Assembly: GCA_050287845.1 (NCBI GenBank)
Contig: JBNKCR010000065.1
Location: 1-64,000 of the forward strand
From: Polyangia bacterium
GTDB lineage: Bacteria; Myxococcota_A; Polyangia; JAAYKL01
Reading direction: 5' to 3'
DNA length: 64,000 bases
The notes beneath the pieces are model-generated. The model was not told where the DNA came from, did no database searches, and saw nothing but the letters and a program-made list of their open reading frames with translations. Both the position numbers and the translations under genes were made by a program. Each line of letters opens with the position of its first letter. Positions within the stretch are counted from its first letter, which is position 1. Positions 37,596 to 48,020 of the stretch are shown here, piece by piece.

Positions 37596-39968
37596 ATGTC
37601 AAAAACCATTCTCGCATTCGAACCGGATGAGGAATACACGGGCCTGATCAAAGCCGCGTATGAACCCAAAGGGTACAGTGTGGAAATCGTCGTCGACGCA
37701 GCGGAAGGTCTGGCGTATGCAGACGCGCATTCCCCGGAATTGATATATCTCAGCATCGAGTTGCCGCAGACCAGTGGGTTTTCCATCTGCCGAAAATTGC
37801 GGAAAAATGCTTCCACCAAATCCATTCCCCTTATTCTCGTTTCATCGGAAGTCACAGATGAAACCTTTGACAAACACAGACGGTTGAAGGATCGCGCGGA
37901 CGAGTACCTGCTGAAGCCATTTGATTCGGCAGCCCTCACCGGAGTCATCAGCAGCTTATTGAAGCAAGCAGATGAAGCGCCGGAAATGGCAGATGAACTG
38001 TCGGGCGAGCTCCAGGATATTGAAGACTTTGACATGGAGGAAATGGACCTCGACGACATGGACGATTCTGAGTTTGAAGAGGTTGAAGAGGTTGAAGAGT
38101 TGGTTATTGACGACAATGACAGCGGCGAAAAGGACGGTGACGATGAGGTGGTGGTGGCCGATGATGAGCAAGACGATGAAATAATTGTTGAAGACGAACC
38201 GGCCGATCTCGAAGATGTGATAGCCGTCTCTGACGCGGAGGGACGCGACGAGGAAATTGTTGTTGAGGATCACACGGGAAAAGAGAATGAGCAAATCATT
38301 GTAACCGATGATGCGTTGGAAGAAATGGTGATTGGCGAGGACTCTCGTGCGGACGGCGTCGTTGTCGGCAATGCAGACGTTTCCTCAGAGGAACTGAGGA
38401 AACTGCAATCGTCCAACGACACACTCAAATCCAGAGTGAAAGAACTGGAGGCGGCACTGGCTTCCGCGCGCGCAGAAGCAACGAGACGACCGTCGTCCAT
38501 CCCGGGTTCGGCCCGGGAAACGCTGGAGCTCAGGGAGCTGCTGAACCGCAAAGACAGAGAACTCCTCGACCTCAAGGATTCAGTAAATGCGAGGGAAAAG
38601 CAGCTGCTCGACAAACAGGAGAGATTGACGGATCTGGAGCGGAAAAACGCCGATTTGGAATCCCAGAACATATCGGTGGAAATGTCTGTGCATGATTTGG
38701 AAGACAATCTGGCGGACCTCAACCGGGAAAAGGAAGCGCTGACCCGAAAAACCGAGGAACTTCAGGGGGAACTCGTTAAACAGAACGAGAAAATCGAGAG
38801 TCTGGAAAAGGACATTCAGGGGCAGCAACAGGAAAGAACAAACGATATTGCCAGATTTGAGCGGGAAAAAGCAGATGCATTGGCCAATCTGGAGCAGGAG
38901 AAATCCAGCGAGATCGCCAGAATTGAACAGGAAAAGGCAGATGCACTGGCCAGCGCTGAACAGGAAAAAGCAGATGCATTGGCAGAGCTGACAGAGCAGA
39001 AAGAAGCGGAGAAAAAAGAAGCACTCGATGCGCTGACAGTGCAATTGACCGCTGAAAAAAACAATGCTCTGGAAGAACAGTCCGCGCAGCTGGCTGAGTC
39101 TTTCGCCAAAAAGCTCGAACAGGAGCTTGCCAGTCAGAAATTACAGCATGAAGGCGCCATCGAAGAGATTGCGAACCGCCTGGCCGCCGAAAAAGATGAG
39201 GCGCTCACCCAGAAAGCTGATGAGCATCAGCAGAAGCTATCGCAACTGGCGGAGATCCACACCTCCGAACTCAATGACTACAAATCCAAACTGTATGATA
39301 AAGAGGAACAACTTGGAAATCTGAAAACCCAGATTGCAGAAGCCGAAGAGAAACTGAAAATATCTCAGGCAGAGCACGATGATCTGGTCAACCGGTTCAA
39401 CGGTACCGAACAGATACTGGAGCAGACCCGATCTGAGCTGACAGCAACTCAAAACAGCCTCGAAGAACTCCGCGAAGAGCACAGCCGTACACAGGAGTCG
39501 GTGCAGTCAACCCAAAGCGAGCTGGAAAGCACCCGGGAGAAACTGGCAGATACCGAAAAGGCACTGGCAGATACCGGAAACGAGTTATCGGAAACCAAAG
39601 ACACGCTGGCTGCACAGAACGATAAACTCGAAAAGACGGAATCGTCACTTCAGGATGCAACAACTCGTTGCGCTGACCTTGAGAGAGAGCTTCAGGGCCG
39701 GGATTCGAGAATTTTTGACATGGAATCGACGCTGAACGCTCAGAGCACGGCTATCTCCCAGAAAAATGAATTGGCCTCCCAGGCCACAAAGACCCTTGAG
39801 ACGGCGATAGTGATGCTTGGCGAACTGAAGGCCCATCAGGCCATCAGTACCAGTAGTGACGGGAGTGAAATCTCGGGCGAAATGGAATCGGTAGTAGAAG
39901 AAGTGACTGACCTCGATGACGACATGGATGATTTGGAAGAGATCGACGAGGAAGCGTTCGACGACTGA
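37596..39968 (+). CDS. FrzS-like pseudo-receiver plus long coiled-coil protein
   Basis: Receiver fold with Ser at the phospho-Asp position (LIYLSIELP) and HRRLKDRADEYLLKP. Acidic linker, then several hundred aa of coiled coil. Confidence 0.75.
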   Translation: MSKTILAFEPDEEYTGLIKAAYEPKGYSVEIVVDAAEGLAYADAHSPELIYLSIELPQTSGFSICRKLRKNASTKSIPLILVSSEVTDETFDKHRRLKDRADEYLLKPFDSAALTGVISSLLKQADEAPEMADELSGELQDIEDFDMEEMDLDDMDDSEFEEVEEVEELVIDDNDSGEKDGDDEVVVADDEQDDEIIVEDEPADLEDVIAVSDAEGRDEEIVVEDHTGKENEQIIVTDDALEEMVIGEDSRADGVVVGNADVSSEELRKLQSSNDTLKSRVKELEAALASARAEATRRPSSIPGSARETLELRELLNRKDRELLDLKDSVNAREKQLLDKQERLTDLERKNADLESQNISVEMSVHDLEDNLADLNREKEALTRKTEELQGELVKQNEKIESLEKDIQGQQQERTNDIARFEREKADALANLEQEKSSEIARIEQEKADALASAEQEKADALAELTEQKEAEKKEALDALTVQLTAEKNNALEEQSAQLAESFAKKLEQELASQKLQHEGAIEEIANRLAAEKDEALTQKADEHQQKLSQLAEIHTSELNDYKSKLYDKEEQLGNLKTQIAEAEEKLKISQAEHDDLVNRFNGTEQILEQTRSELTATQNSLEELREEHSRTQESVQSTQSELESTREKLADTEKALADTGNELSETKDTLAAQNDKLEKTESSLQDATTRCADLERELQGRDSRIFDMESTLNAQSTAISQKNELASQATKTLETAIVMLGELKAHQAISTSSDGSEISGEMESVVEEVTDLDDDMDDLEEIDEEAFDD

Positions 39969-39980
39969 CACGAGCGCCCC

Positions 39981-40015
39981 CGAAGCATTCCCATTAAAGA
40001 GATGGGGATGCTTCG
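39981..40015. terminator. Stem-loop between convergent genes (probable terminator)
   Basis: CGAAGCATTCCCAT-N7-ATGGGGATGCTTCG forms a 14-bp stem with one G-U. The U-tract is weak. Confidence 0.6.
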
Positions 40016-40390
40016 TTACCCTGGATAATACCGCGCTCGCGACAAATCATTCTCCCACACATCACAACATTTAACCTTGATATTCAGATGAACAGGCAGT
40101 CGTTTCTGAACTTCTTCAAAAACAACCCGGGCCAGCATTTCGGATGACGGACTATCTACGAGAAATGCTTCCACTTCGTTCAAATGTCGATGGTCAAAAA
40201 CGTCGATCGCTGCTTTCATGATGGCGTCAAGTTCGTGAAAATCCAGTAACATTCCGGATTTATCCAGCTGTTCTCCGATCACATGAATCCGAATTCTCCA
40301 GTTGTGACCGTGGAGTCGCTCGCATTTTCCCTGGTAATTCCTCAATTGGTGTGAAGCTGAAAATGTACACTCTCTATATATTTCAAACAT
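40016..40390 (-). CDS. queD: 6-carboxy-5,6,7,8-tetrahydropterin synthase
   Basis: FSASH, CERLHGHNW, GMLLDF, FDHRHLN, PSSE and VWE motifs. Confidence 0.93.
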   Translation of the reverse strand: MFEIYRECTFSASHQLRNYQGKCERLHGHNWRIRIHVIGEQLDKSGMLLDFHELDAIMKAAIDVFDHRHLNEVEAFLVDSPSSEMLARVVFEEVQKRLPVHLNIKVKCCDVWENDLSRARYYPG

Positions 40391-40497
40391 TAGTACTTCC
40401 GTTGATTCGAAAAAATGATAATAGTTAACATATGAACATATTCTTTTATATTCATTGCATTTTCAGAAATCAACGATTTCTATTCGGTTGGCACACG

Positions 40498-41181
40498 ATG
40501 AATATGTCAAAAGCGATCAAGATCATCGTCCTTACAATGTTTTTATTTCTGATTCCAATTCTTTGTGTCACGCAAGCGCAGCAAGTGTCAACCGGTATTC
40601 TGAACATTGATTCAACACCAAGCGGAGCTGAAGTCTTTCTGGACAACAAGCTGCGGGGGACAACCCCCATCTTGCTGGAACTTCAGGCGCAACCCCATAA
40701 GGTGGTCCTCAGATACAATGGATACCAGCCGCATACAGCCAGTATCACAGTAAAAAAGGATAAAGTTGTTCGCACCCGGATAAAGTTGAAGAAAGAACCC
40801 CAACTGAAAGTCAAGCCGGCGAAATCATCCAGAAAGAAATTCGACAGGAAAAGTGCCCCCCCGACTTCGCAATCGCCCAACGCCATCCGGTTGAAAGATG
40901 GCATCCGATTGCATTCGGCCACCAACAACAGTGAGCCAGGGACTGTTTTTCTGGATACCACGCCAACGTCACTCACAGCGGTAGTCGATGGCTACCGGAT
41001 TTCGAAATCCACACCGGTTGCGTTTGACATCCGTCCCGGCATCTATGAGCTGCGATTGTATAACGATAAGCAGGAGCTCGTTTACAGCAAAACCATATTT
41101 GTTCGTTCCGGGAAAACCCTTTCGCTGGATATTGTTATTCAGAAAAAGCGGACCATCGACTACACCGATCCGTGGCGTTAA
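40498..41181 (+). CDS. Secreted PEGA-domain protein (two PEGA domains)
   Basis: Signal peptide. LNIDSTPSGAEVFLD..GTTP and a second copy, LDTTPTSLTAVVDG..STP. Confidence 0.82.
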   Translation: MNMSKAIKIIVLTMFLFLIPILCVTQAQQVSTGILNIDSTPSGAEVFLDNKLRGTTPILLELQAQPHKVVLRYNGYQPHTASITVKKDKVVRTRIKLKKEPQLKVKPAKSSRKKFDRKSAPPTSQSPNAIRLKDGIRLHSATNNSEPGTVFLDTTPTSLTAVVDGYRISKSTPVAFDIRPGIYELRLYNDKQELVYSKTIFVRSGKTLSLDIVIQKKRTIDYTDPWR

Positions 41182-41472
41182 AGACTCACGCCTTGACTGT
41201 GCTGCAAATGCTTCGAATCCAAACCTTTTTTGACTTGATTCCGCGACAGCGTTCCTGATAGGATGCCGCGATTTCTTATCATTGACTAATTCAATGCAGG
41301 TGGAATATATATATCTATATCGACATTGCCCTGTGTACCGAGACAGGTTAATATCCAGCTCCGTATCGGTTTCATTACCCAGGAAATTTAGATCCGGGAA
41401 GCCACCGGGTACGTATTATAAGTTCAGGTCTCCCAATACAGGAAACCGCCCCATTTTCAGGAGGATAGTTTC

Positions 41473-42660
41473 GTGAGCAGTTCTGATAACGACCCCAAAA
41501 AAGCGGAAGAGATGTCCCTTGCTGAACTTCTTGACAAATCGGATGCAGCCAGCGCCCCTGCGGATGAAACTCCCCCCGAGGAATCCGATGACGACAAGTC
41601 CGGTTTAATCAATATGGCTCAGATGGCAGCGATGATTTCGTCTCCGCCGCCACAGACAACACCGTCTCCTGATGCATTGCCTCCTGGCGCCCTATCAGAC
41701 CCATCCGGTCAGGGAATGATGACCAACACCGGTGTGGCTCCAATCCAGACACAATTTGCGCCGTCCCCTGCCACCCGGTCATCCATGCCGGTCGGATCCC
41801 CTGTTTCTCCGACGTCGCAGGCCGGTCCGGACGTTTATGCGGATATCCGTTCGCCAAAGAAAAAGAGCAAAATGCCTGTTGTCGCGGTTATTTTCATCGC
41901 TCTGATTGCAGGCGGCGCAGGCGCCTATATGGCACTCACGGGCGGCCTTAAAACCGAAACGACTCCGCAGCTGTCTGATGCCGGTTCTCCCAATGTCGCA
42001 ACCAGCGTGATGACCGATGAAACCGCATCGCCTGCACCCGCGGCGCCAGATGCAGCGGGAGAAGAAGCTGCCAATGCAGTGGCCGCAGGGGATGAAGAAG
42101 AGATCGCGGCCGGCGGTGACACCGATGAAGATTACGAAATCACCGAAGAGGAAGTGGATGATGGCAAAGGCGGTAAAAAGAAACGACGCGTCCGTCGTCT
42201 GAGACGCAAACCCAGAAAATCGACGACATCCAACGTTGTGGCAACAGCGTCGACGCCAACCAAAAGTGCGCCCGTCCCCAAAACAACCAAATCAACCACC
42301 CAAAAACAGAGCGGCGGCGGCAACACATCGGAGCTCGACAGTCTGCTTTCCGGCAGCAGCAGTGGTAGCAGCAGCAAGGACTCCGGAGGATTGCCGGACA
42401 AGCCATCGCGGGCTCAGGTTCAGAAGGCCATGGCTTCGGTAGTGAATAAAGCGCGAAGCAGTTGCAGGAAATCCGGTTCGGGAAAAGTCAGCGTTCGAAT
42501 CATCGTTGGCAGCAACGGAGTGGTCCGGGATGCTGTACCACTCGGTCCCCATGCGGCAGATTCCCTTGGTCGCTGTGTGGCAACATTTGCCAGAAAAACT
42601 GCACGTCTACCCCAGTTCCGTTCAGCGACCTTTACCTTCACGTACCCTTTTAATATTTGA
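41473..42660 (+). CDS. Bitopic membrane protein with AgmX/PglI-type (TonB-C-like) C-terminal domain
   Basis: Pro-rich N-terminus, one TM helix and a charged linker. C-terminal C...GKVSVRIIVGSNGVV...RCV...TFTYPF. GTG start after GGAGG. Confidence 0.7.
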   Translation: MSSSDNDPKKAEEMSLAELLDKSDAASAPADETPPEESDDDKSGLINMAQMAAMISSPPPQTTPSPDALPPGALSDPSGQGMMTNTGVAPIQTQFAPSPATRSSMPVGSPVSPTSQAGPDVYADIRSPKKKSKMPVVAVIFIALIAGGAGAYMALTGGLKTETTPQLSDAGSPNVATSVMTDETASPAPAAPDAAGEEAANAVAAGDEEEIAAGGDTDEDYEITEEEVDDGKGGKKKRRVRRLRRKPRKSTTSNVVATASTPTKSAPVPKTTKSTTQKQSGGGNTSELDSLLSGSSSGSSSKDSGGLPDKPSRAQVQKAMASVVNKARSSCRKSGSGKVSVRIIVGSNGVVRDAVPLGPHAADSLGRCVATFARKTARLPQFRSATFTFTYPFNI

Positions 42661-42691
42661 CAAATTTGTTCTTCGAACTTTTAGTGGCAAT

Positions 42692-45235
42692 ATGCGTATA
42701 TTTCCACACTCAGAAAAACACTTCACAATAATCATATTCATCGTTTTTGCCATTCTGTGCACTGTGTCATCTGCCGTATTTGCTGCGGATCCCCGGTTAA
42801 ACGGCCATGCGAGGTTCAGCGCCGGAACCATCGACAAAGTGGGTCAGGAGGTTGTTCTGGAAATTGTGCTGGACATTCCCAGCGGTTTCATTCTGTACAG
42901 TCCGACCGTGGTGCCAGACGGCCCCATTGCCCTGCACATTTCACCCGATGAAAAGTTCCTGAAACCTGTGAGCGCGTGGTTCGGGGCCCCTCCCCATGTG
43001 AAATGGGACGATGCATTCGAGACCAAAGTTGAGTACTACAAATCGAGTGCCACATTTCGACGCGTATTCAATGTGGTGCGACGCCCGGACAACTCGGTGA
43101 CGGTCATGGTGACAGGGCAGATATGTGATGACCGGAGCTGCTACAACCAATCCCTTCAACTCAGCGCACCACTGGAATCCGCCCCCACCCCCTCAGCCCC
43201 GGTCACGAATCATCAACTGTCCGGCATTGTTTTTGACGAGACCCACGAGATCGGTCCGGTGACAACAACCACTTCCACTGCGGATTCCACCGGGGCGACA
43301 TCAATGGCAAACCCCGAGGCACTGGGGATTGGCGCATTTCTGATTATGGCAATCGTGGCGGGATTCGGTGCACTGCTGACCCCCTGCGTGTTTCCGATGA
43401 TTCCCATCACCATCAGTTTCTTCTCGAAAAACGAAGGGTTGAAACGGCGGGACAGCCTGCTCCTTGCCGGTGTGTACGCCGGATCAATCATTGTGGTGTA
43501 CACCATCCCAGGGGTATTGCTCTCCATGATCTTCGGCGCCGGAAGTATGCAGCAGATTTCCACTCATCCCATCTTCAATATTTTCATCACACTGTTGCTG
43601 ATTTTTTTCGGTCTCAATCTGCTTGGTCTGTTTGAATTGCGTCTTCCCGGCTGGCTTATTAATAAATCGGCCCAGAAAGAGCAAACACTGGAGCGCAACA
43701 GTCAGAAACTCAAAAGCAGAATCGGTGGCGTTTTTTTCATGGCGGTCACATTCACGCTGGTTTCTTTCTCCTGCACCGTGGGATTTGTGGGGGGCTGGGT
43801 ACTGCCACTTGCAGCACGGGGACAGGCATTCTACCCCCTTGTGGGCATGCTGGCATTCTCGAGCGCATTTGCCCTGCCCTTCTTTTTTCTCGCAGTTTTT
43901 CCGGGAATCGCAGATCGGCTGCAGGGAAAAAGCGGCGACTGGATGGTGGCGGTCAAAGTGGTATTCGGCGTGGTGGAACTGGCGGCAGCACTGAAGTTCA
44001 TTTCGAATCTGGACCTCAATTTTGAGCTGGGTGTGATCACCCGAAACGTCACTCTGTGGTTGTGGGTAGCTATTTTTCTGGTGGGCGCACTCCTCATTCT
44101 GAAGGTGTTCTCCCGCAAAGGAGAGGGCGGTTCCAGACACCCCGGCGTCACCCGAATTATACTGGCAGTGATTCTGATAGGATTTGCGGCTAAAAGTTAC
44201 ACCGGCATTGGCAACAGCCGTCCCCTGGGCGGATGGATAGATGGATGGCTCCCGCCGGTACCGTATCCCAGTGAAATCGGGAAACAAAGCGACGACGGCC
44301 TTCATCTGCCTTTCCTGGCCGACGACCTTAACGGTGCGCGACGTGAGGCCGTGTCGCAGAACCGGCCACTTTTTGTGGATTTTACGGGTTTCCAGTGCGC
44401 CAATTGCCGACAGATGGAATCCAATTACTTTCCCAAACCCGCCATCCGAAATCGTCTGCAGGAGATGGTGCGGGTCAAGCTGTACACCGATGGTCCCAAG
44501 CCCATCCACACGCAGCAGCGGGAGTACCAGTTTGAACGCTTCCAGACTGCCGTGTTGCCGTTCTATGTCATCCTGGACCCGGAAACCGATTCGGTGCTGG
44601 CCACATTCTCCAGTCTGGCGCGAGACGAATCGGAGTATGTGGCGTTTCTCGACGACGGACTCAGAAAATTCAGGGAGCACCGCATCGGCGTAAGCCCCGC
44701 ATCGGTTGGGGAGAACCGGATTTCTGAAAAAGACCACACCGTTCCCCCCGCCCCATCCCCGGAGAAACAGCCACCTTCAGAGGGGCCGGCGTTTGCGTTT
44801 GAACTGCCATTGCTTGTCGGTGATGGGGGTCGCAGTTCGGACGTCTTCTCCGGCCACTGGACCCTGGTGAACTTCTGGGCGTCTTACTGTGCGCCTTGCA
44901 AAAAGGAATTGGCCACCGAATTTCCCACCGCGCTGAAGCAGCACCCGGAAATCCAGCTGGTCACCATTGCAGTGGAACCCGAAGAAACACTTCCCACAGC
45001 CAGAATGTTCATACAAAGCACGGCGCTGGCCGACCACATACATCTGAGAGCGGAGGAAGACTGGCCTGAGGAAACCCTTCCACCGGAAATGATGACCCAC
45101 TTCGGTATGCCTTCCACATTTCTTCTGTCACCTGAAGGAGCCCTCCTTTGGGCCCACAAAGGCGCAGTGGATGCCCGGCAACTGGACGAAGTGATTAAAA
45201 AGTTCGTTCCACAGAACGATTCGGAATCGGAGTAA
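42692..45235 (+). CDS. dsbD: DsbD-family disulfide reductase fused to an extra TlpA-like thioredoxin domain
   Basis: N-domain CDDRSC, TM domain LTPCVFPMIP and FSCT, thioredoxin DFTGFQCANC, and an additional VNFWASYCAPC...GMPST domain. Confidence 0.88.
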   Translation: MRIFPHSEKHFTIIIFIVFAILCTVSSAVFAADPRLNGHARFSAGTIDKVGQEVVLEIVLDIPSGFILYSPTVVPDGPIALHISPDEKFLKPVSAWFGAPPHVKWDDAFETKVEYYKSSATFRRVFNVVRRPDNSVTVMVTGQICDDRSCYNQSLQLSAPLESAPTPSAPVTNHQLSGIVFDETHEIGPVTTTTSTADSTGATSMANPEALGIGAFLIMAIVAGFGALLTPCVFPMIPITISFFSKNEGLKRRDSLLLAGVYAGSIIVVYTIPGVLLSMIFGAGSMQQISTHPIFNIFITLLLIFFGLNLLGLFELRLPGWLINKSAQKEQTLERNSQKLKSRIGGVFFMAVTFTLVSFSCTVGFVGGWVLPLAARGQAFYPLVGMLAFSSAFALPFFFLAVFPGIADRLQGKSGDWMVAVKVVFGVVELAAALKFISNLDLNFELGVITRNVTLWLWVAIFLVGALLILKVFSRKGEGGSRHPGVTRIILAVILIGFAAKSYTGIGNSRPLGGWIDGWLPPVPYPSEIGKQSDDGLHLPFLADDLNGARREAVSQNRPLFVDFTGFQCANCRQMESNYFPKPAIRNRLQEMVRVKLYTDGPKPIHTQQREYQFERFQTAVLPFYVILDPETDSVLATFSSLARDESEYVAFLDDGLRKFREHRIGVSPASVGENRISEKDHTVPPAPSPEKQPPSEGPAFAFELPLLVGDGGRSSDVFSGHWTLVNFWASYCAPCKKELATEFPTALKQHPEIQLVTIAVEPEETLPTARMFIQSTALADHIHLRAEEDWPEETLPPEMMTHFGMPSTFLLSPEGALLWAHKGAVDARQLDEVIKKFVPQNDSESE

Positions 45236-45315
45236 TCCGGTTTCATTGACCACGAACCTATCCCGGACGTCACACACCGCAATAAGAATATCGCTGAAAC
45301 TATAAATATTTTCCC

Positions 45316-46671
45316 GTGATGGTCGACAATACTGGCATGGGATTTTTTGAACACGCCTTTCATAAAACAAATGATACTCAGCAGGGAATGCCGACAGCGT
45401 TGTGCATCAGTGAAGACAAGTCTTTTTTAAACAGTATGCGGGTTCATCTCGGTAAAAGTGGATTTGTGGCGATTGTCACCAGCAATCCCACAGAAGCCCA
45501 GGTTCTGTCGGAAGACAATAAGCTGGATGTGATTATCTGCGATTACGAGTTGTCTCAGATAGATGGCATCAGTCTGTTTGAAAAGATTCAGGCGAGCAAA
45601 GGGGAAGGCAACACCCCTCCCACGCTGATTGTAACTGAAAAATACGCCGCACCGCTTCTTTCCCGTTGCGTCACTGCAGGCGCCTCCGGCTTACAGGCGA
45701 AAAATGAACCGATGGATATGATAATCGAAAGAATCATCTCCATCCTCGAAGACACCGAACTTCGAAATCAACTGGAATTGTCGGTTACCAGACGTGCCTC
45801 GGAGGGGGGCACCGATCTGCTGACCCGGATTGCATCCAGAAAACATTTTTCAAGGCGATTTTCAGCGGAGTCCGTTGCGTCCTATCGCGACAGAAACGCC
45901 ATATCGTTGTTGATACTTGCCATGGACCGTTACGAGGTACTTGAGGAACGCCACGGAACGCGTCCCATGGAAAATACCCTGGCGCACGCAGCCAAAATCA
46001 TAGAGGGAGAGCTCCGCTCACGGGACTGTGTCGGCCGGTATTCAGACCACACATTTGCGATTGTGCTGCCTGAAACCACGCTGGATGCGGCGAAGGCGGT
46101 GGGGGATCGGCTTCGTCGACTCATCGGGTCGACGGAGTTCGGGAGTCTGGATGATCCCATCCAGGTGTCACTCAGTGTGGGGGTCAGTACCCGTCCGACG
46201 GGTGTGCGTGCATCCCCCAGTGAGATGATCACCCAGGCGCTTCGCAGTTGTACCGCAGCCAGGGAAATGGGCGGCAATCGCGTGATGGCGGACAAAAAGC
46301 TGTCCGGTCAACCCATCGCATTGATTGTGGGCGCCGAAAACGCACTGCACGCGAAAATTTCCACAAGTTTGCGCGCGGCCAGTGTGGAGGTGCGGACGGC
46401 GGAAACCAGGGAGGAAGCCAAATCCATACTGGAAACGCTGCCCACCAGAATGATTGTGCTCCTGCATACGGGTGACGACATCGCCACCCTGGATTTTCTG
46501 AGCTGGAGCCGGGACAAACATCCCAGGACCAAACGCATTTATCTCAACCCATCACCAACACCGGCGCAACTGCAGGTAGCCATCAACAAAGCCGGAATCG
46601 ACTATTACCTGGGGGACAGCTGGCAACAGCCGGACCTGGAAGCCTTCATTGAAGAAATCGTTTTTGCCTGA
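45316..46671 (+). CDS. Receiver + degenerate GGDEF + receiver-like protein
   Basis: IICDYEL receiver, DLLTRIASR, RSRD I-site, and SDHTF in place of GGDEF. Start uncertain. Confidence 0.85.
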   Translation: MMVDNTGMGFFEHAFHKTNDTQQGMPTALCISEDKSFLNSMRVHLGKSGFVAIVTSNPTEAQVLSEDNKLDVIICDYELSQIDGISLFEKIQASKGEGNTPPTLIVTEKYAAPLLSRCVTAGASGLQAKNEPMDMIIERIISILEDTELRNQLELSVTRRASEGGTDLLTRIASRKHFSRRFSAESVASYRDRNAISLLILAMDRYEVLEERHGTRPMENTLAHAAKIIEGELRSRDCVGRYSDHTFAIVLPETTLDAAKAVGDRLRRLIGSTEFGSLDDPIQVSLSVGVSTRPTGVRASPSEMITQALRSCTAAREMGGNRVMADKKLSGQPIALIVGAENALHAKISTSLRAASVEVRTAETREEAKSILETLPTRMIVLLHTGDDIATLDFLSWSRDKHPRTKRIYLNPSPTPAQLQVAINKAGIDYYLGDSWQQPDLEAFIEEIVFA

Positions 46672-46684
46672 TTATCTGACGGAA

Positions 46685-47446
46685 TCAGTCGTCGAGGATG
46701 GCGACGGCCACAGAGGTAATATTATCTTTGCCACCGCGATCGTTGGCCAAATCTATCATGCGACCGCAAATGGCATCAAAATCCCCTGCGAAAATTTCTG
46801 AAATTTCATCCCGCTCCAGATATCCGTGAAGTCCATCGGAGCACAGCAGGAACTGATCGTTCACACGAACCGAGAGAATCTGGGTGTCCACATCGACGTA
46901 GTCCTTACTGCCGACCGCGCGGGTGATAATGTTTTTGTAGGGTGCATGCTCTGCCTGCTCCCGGGTAATCACCCCTTCACGAATTTGCCAGTTCACCAGG
47001 GTATGATCTTCGGTCAGCTGCAGCGTTTCCCCGTCGCGGACGCAATAAATCCGACTATCGCCCACCTGTGCGGTTATGGCAAACGCACCGGCAATCAGCA
47101 TGGCAGATACGGTTGTACCCATTCCCTGATGCGCCGGACTCTGTTCTGCCATGCCATACACCATGTACGTAGCTGATTGAACCGAGCTTTCAAGGAGTCT
47201 GCAGATGGCATGGGATGACTCCTGAGAAATCGGCTTGCCGGCAAAATCTTCAATCTGGCCGCGATTCCGAACTATCATGTCGTGAACTGCGTCCACGGTC
47301 TCCTGAGACGCAATCTCGCCCCCGGCATGCCCGCCCATTCCATCTGCCACTATGAAAAAACCCAGCTCCTCATCAATTAAAAATGCATCCTGATTCACTT
47401 TACGGCGCATTCCCACATGCGTCTTTCCACAGGCACGTAATCGCAT
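46685..47446 (-). CDS. PP2C-family Ser/Thr protein phosphatase
   Basis: NQD, ADGMGGH, GMGTT, VGDSR, CSDGL and GGKDNIT motifs. Confidence 0.95.
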   Translation of the reverse strand: MRLRACGKTHVGMRRKVNQDAFLIDEELGFFIVADGMGGHAGGEIASQETVDAVHDMIVRNRGQIEDFAGKPISQESSHAICRLLESSVQSATYMVYGMAEQSPAHQGMGTTVSAMLIAGAFAITAQVGDSRIYCVRDGETLQLTEDHTLVNWQIREGVITREQAEHAPYKNIITRAVGSKDYVDVDTQILSVRVNDQFLLCSDGLHGYLERDEISEIFAGDFDAICGRMIDLANDRGGKDNITSVAVAILDD

Positions 47447-47585
47447 ATTCTATCTTACCTCTGCATCATTCGGTTTGGCGTATTAGGCATTCAAAATTTA
47501 TACATTTTAATAGCACATAATACGGTCGGTTGCCCAACGACTCAAGCGTTTTGGCAAATCAAATGGCGTTTGATGTCAGAATGTT

Positions 47586-48002
47586 TTAAAGGATGGAAAA
47601 ATTATCAAAATAAAAGGCGATTTCTCTCGCAGCAGACTCGGGCGCATCGGAGCCGTGAACCGCATTTTCAGTCATACTGGCGGCATAGAGTTTGCGAATG
47701 GTACCTTCGTCCGCTTTTTCGGGATTCGTGGCCCCCATCACTTTGCGACATCTGGCGATGGCGTCATCGCCTTCGAGCACCATGGCAACCACTTTTCCCG
47801 AAGTCATGAATTCCTTGAGACCATCAAAAAACGGCTTGCCCACGTGTTCTGCGTAAAACGCTTCAACCTTGTCAGCAGTGAGCCGGGTCATCTTCAATCC
47901 CACCACTTTCAACCCCTCTTCTTCCAGCAACTTGATGATTGCGCCAATATGATTGTCTTTTACAGCATTGGGTTTTACTACGCATAAAGTTCGTTCCGTC
48001 AT
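47586..48002 (-). CDS. ndk: Nucleoside diphosphate kinase
   Basis: ERTL..VKP, FYAEH..KPFF, GATNP, GTIR and NAVHGSD motifs. Confidence 0.98.
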   Translation of the reverse strand: MTERTLCVVKPNAVKDNHIGAIIKLLEEEGLKVVGLKMTRLTADKVEAFYAEHVGKPFFDGLKEFMTSGKVVAMVLEGDDAIARCRKVMGATNPEKADEGTIRKLYAASMTENAVHGSDAPESAAREIAFYFDNFSIL

Positions 48003-48020
48003 AATCTGCTCTCCTGTTGG

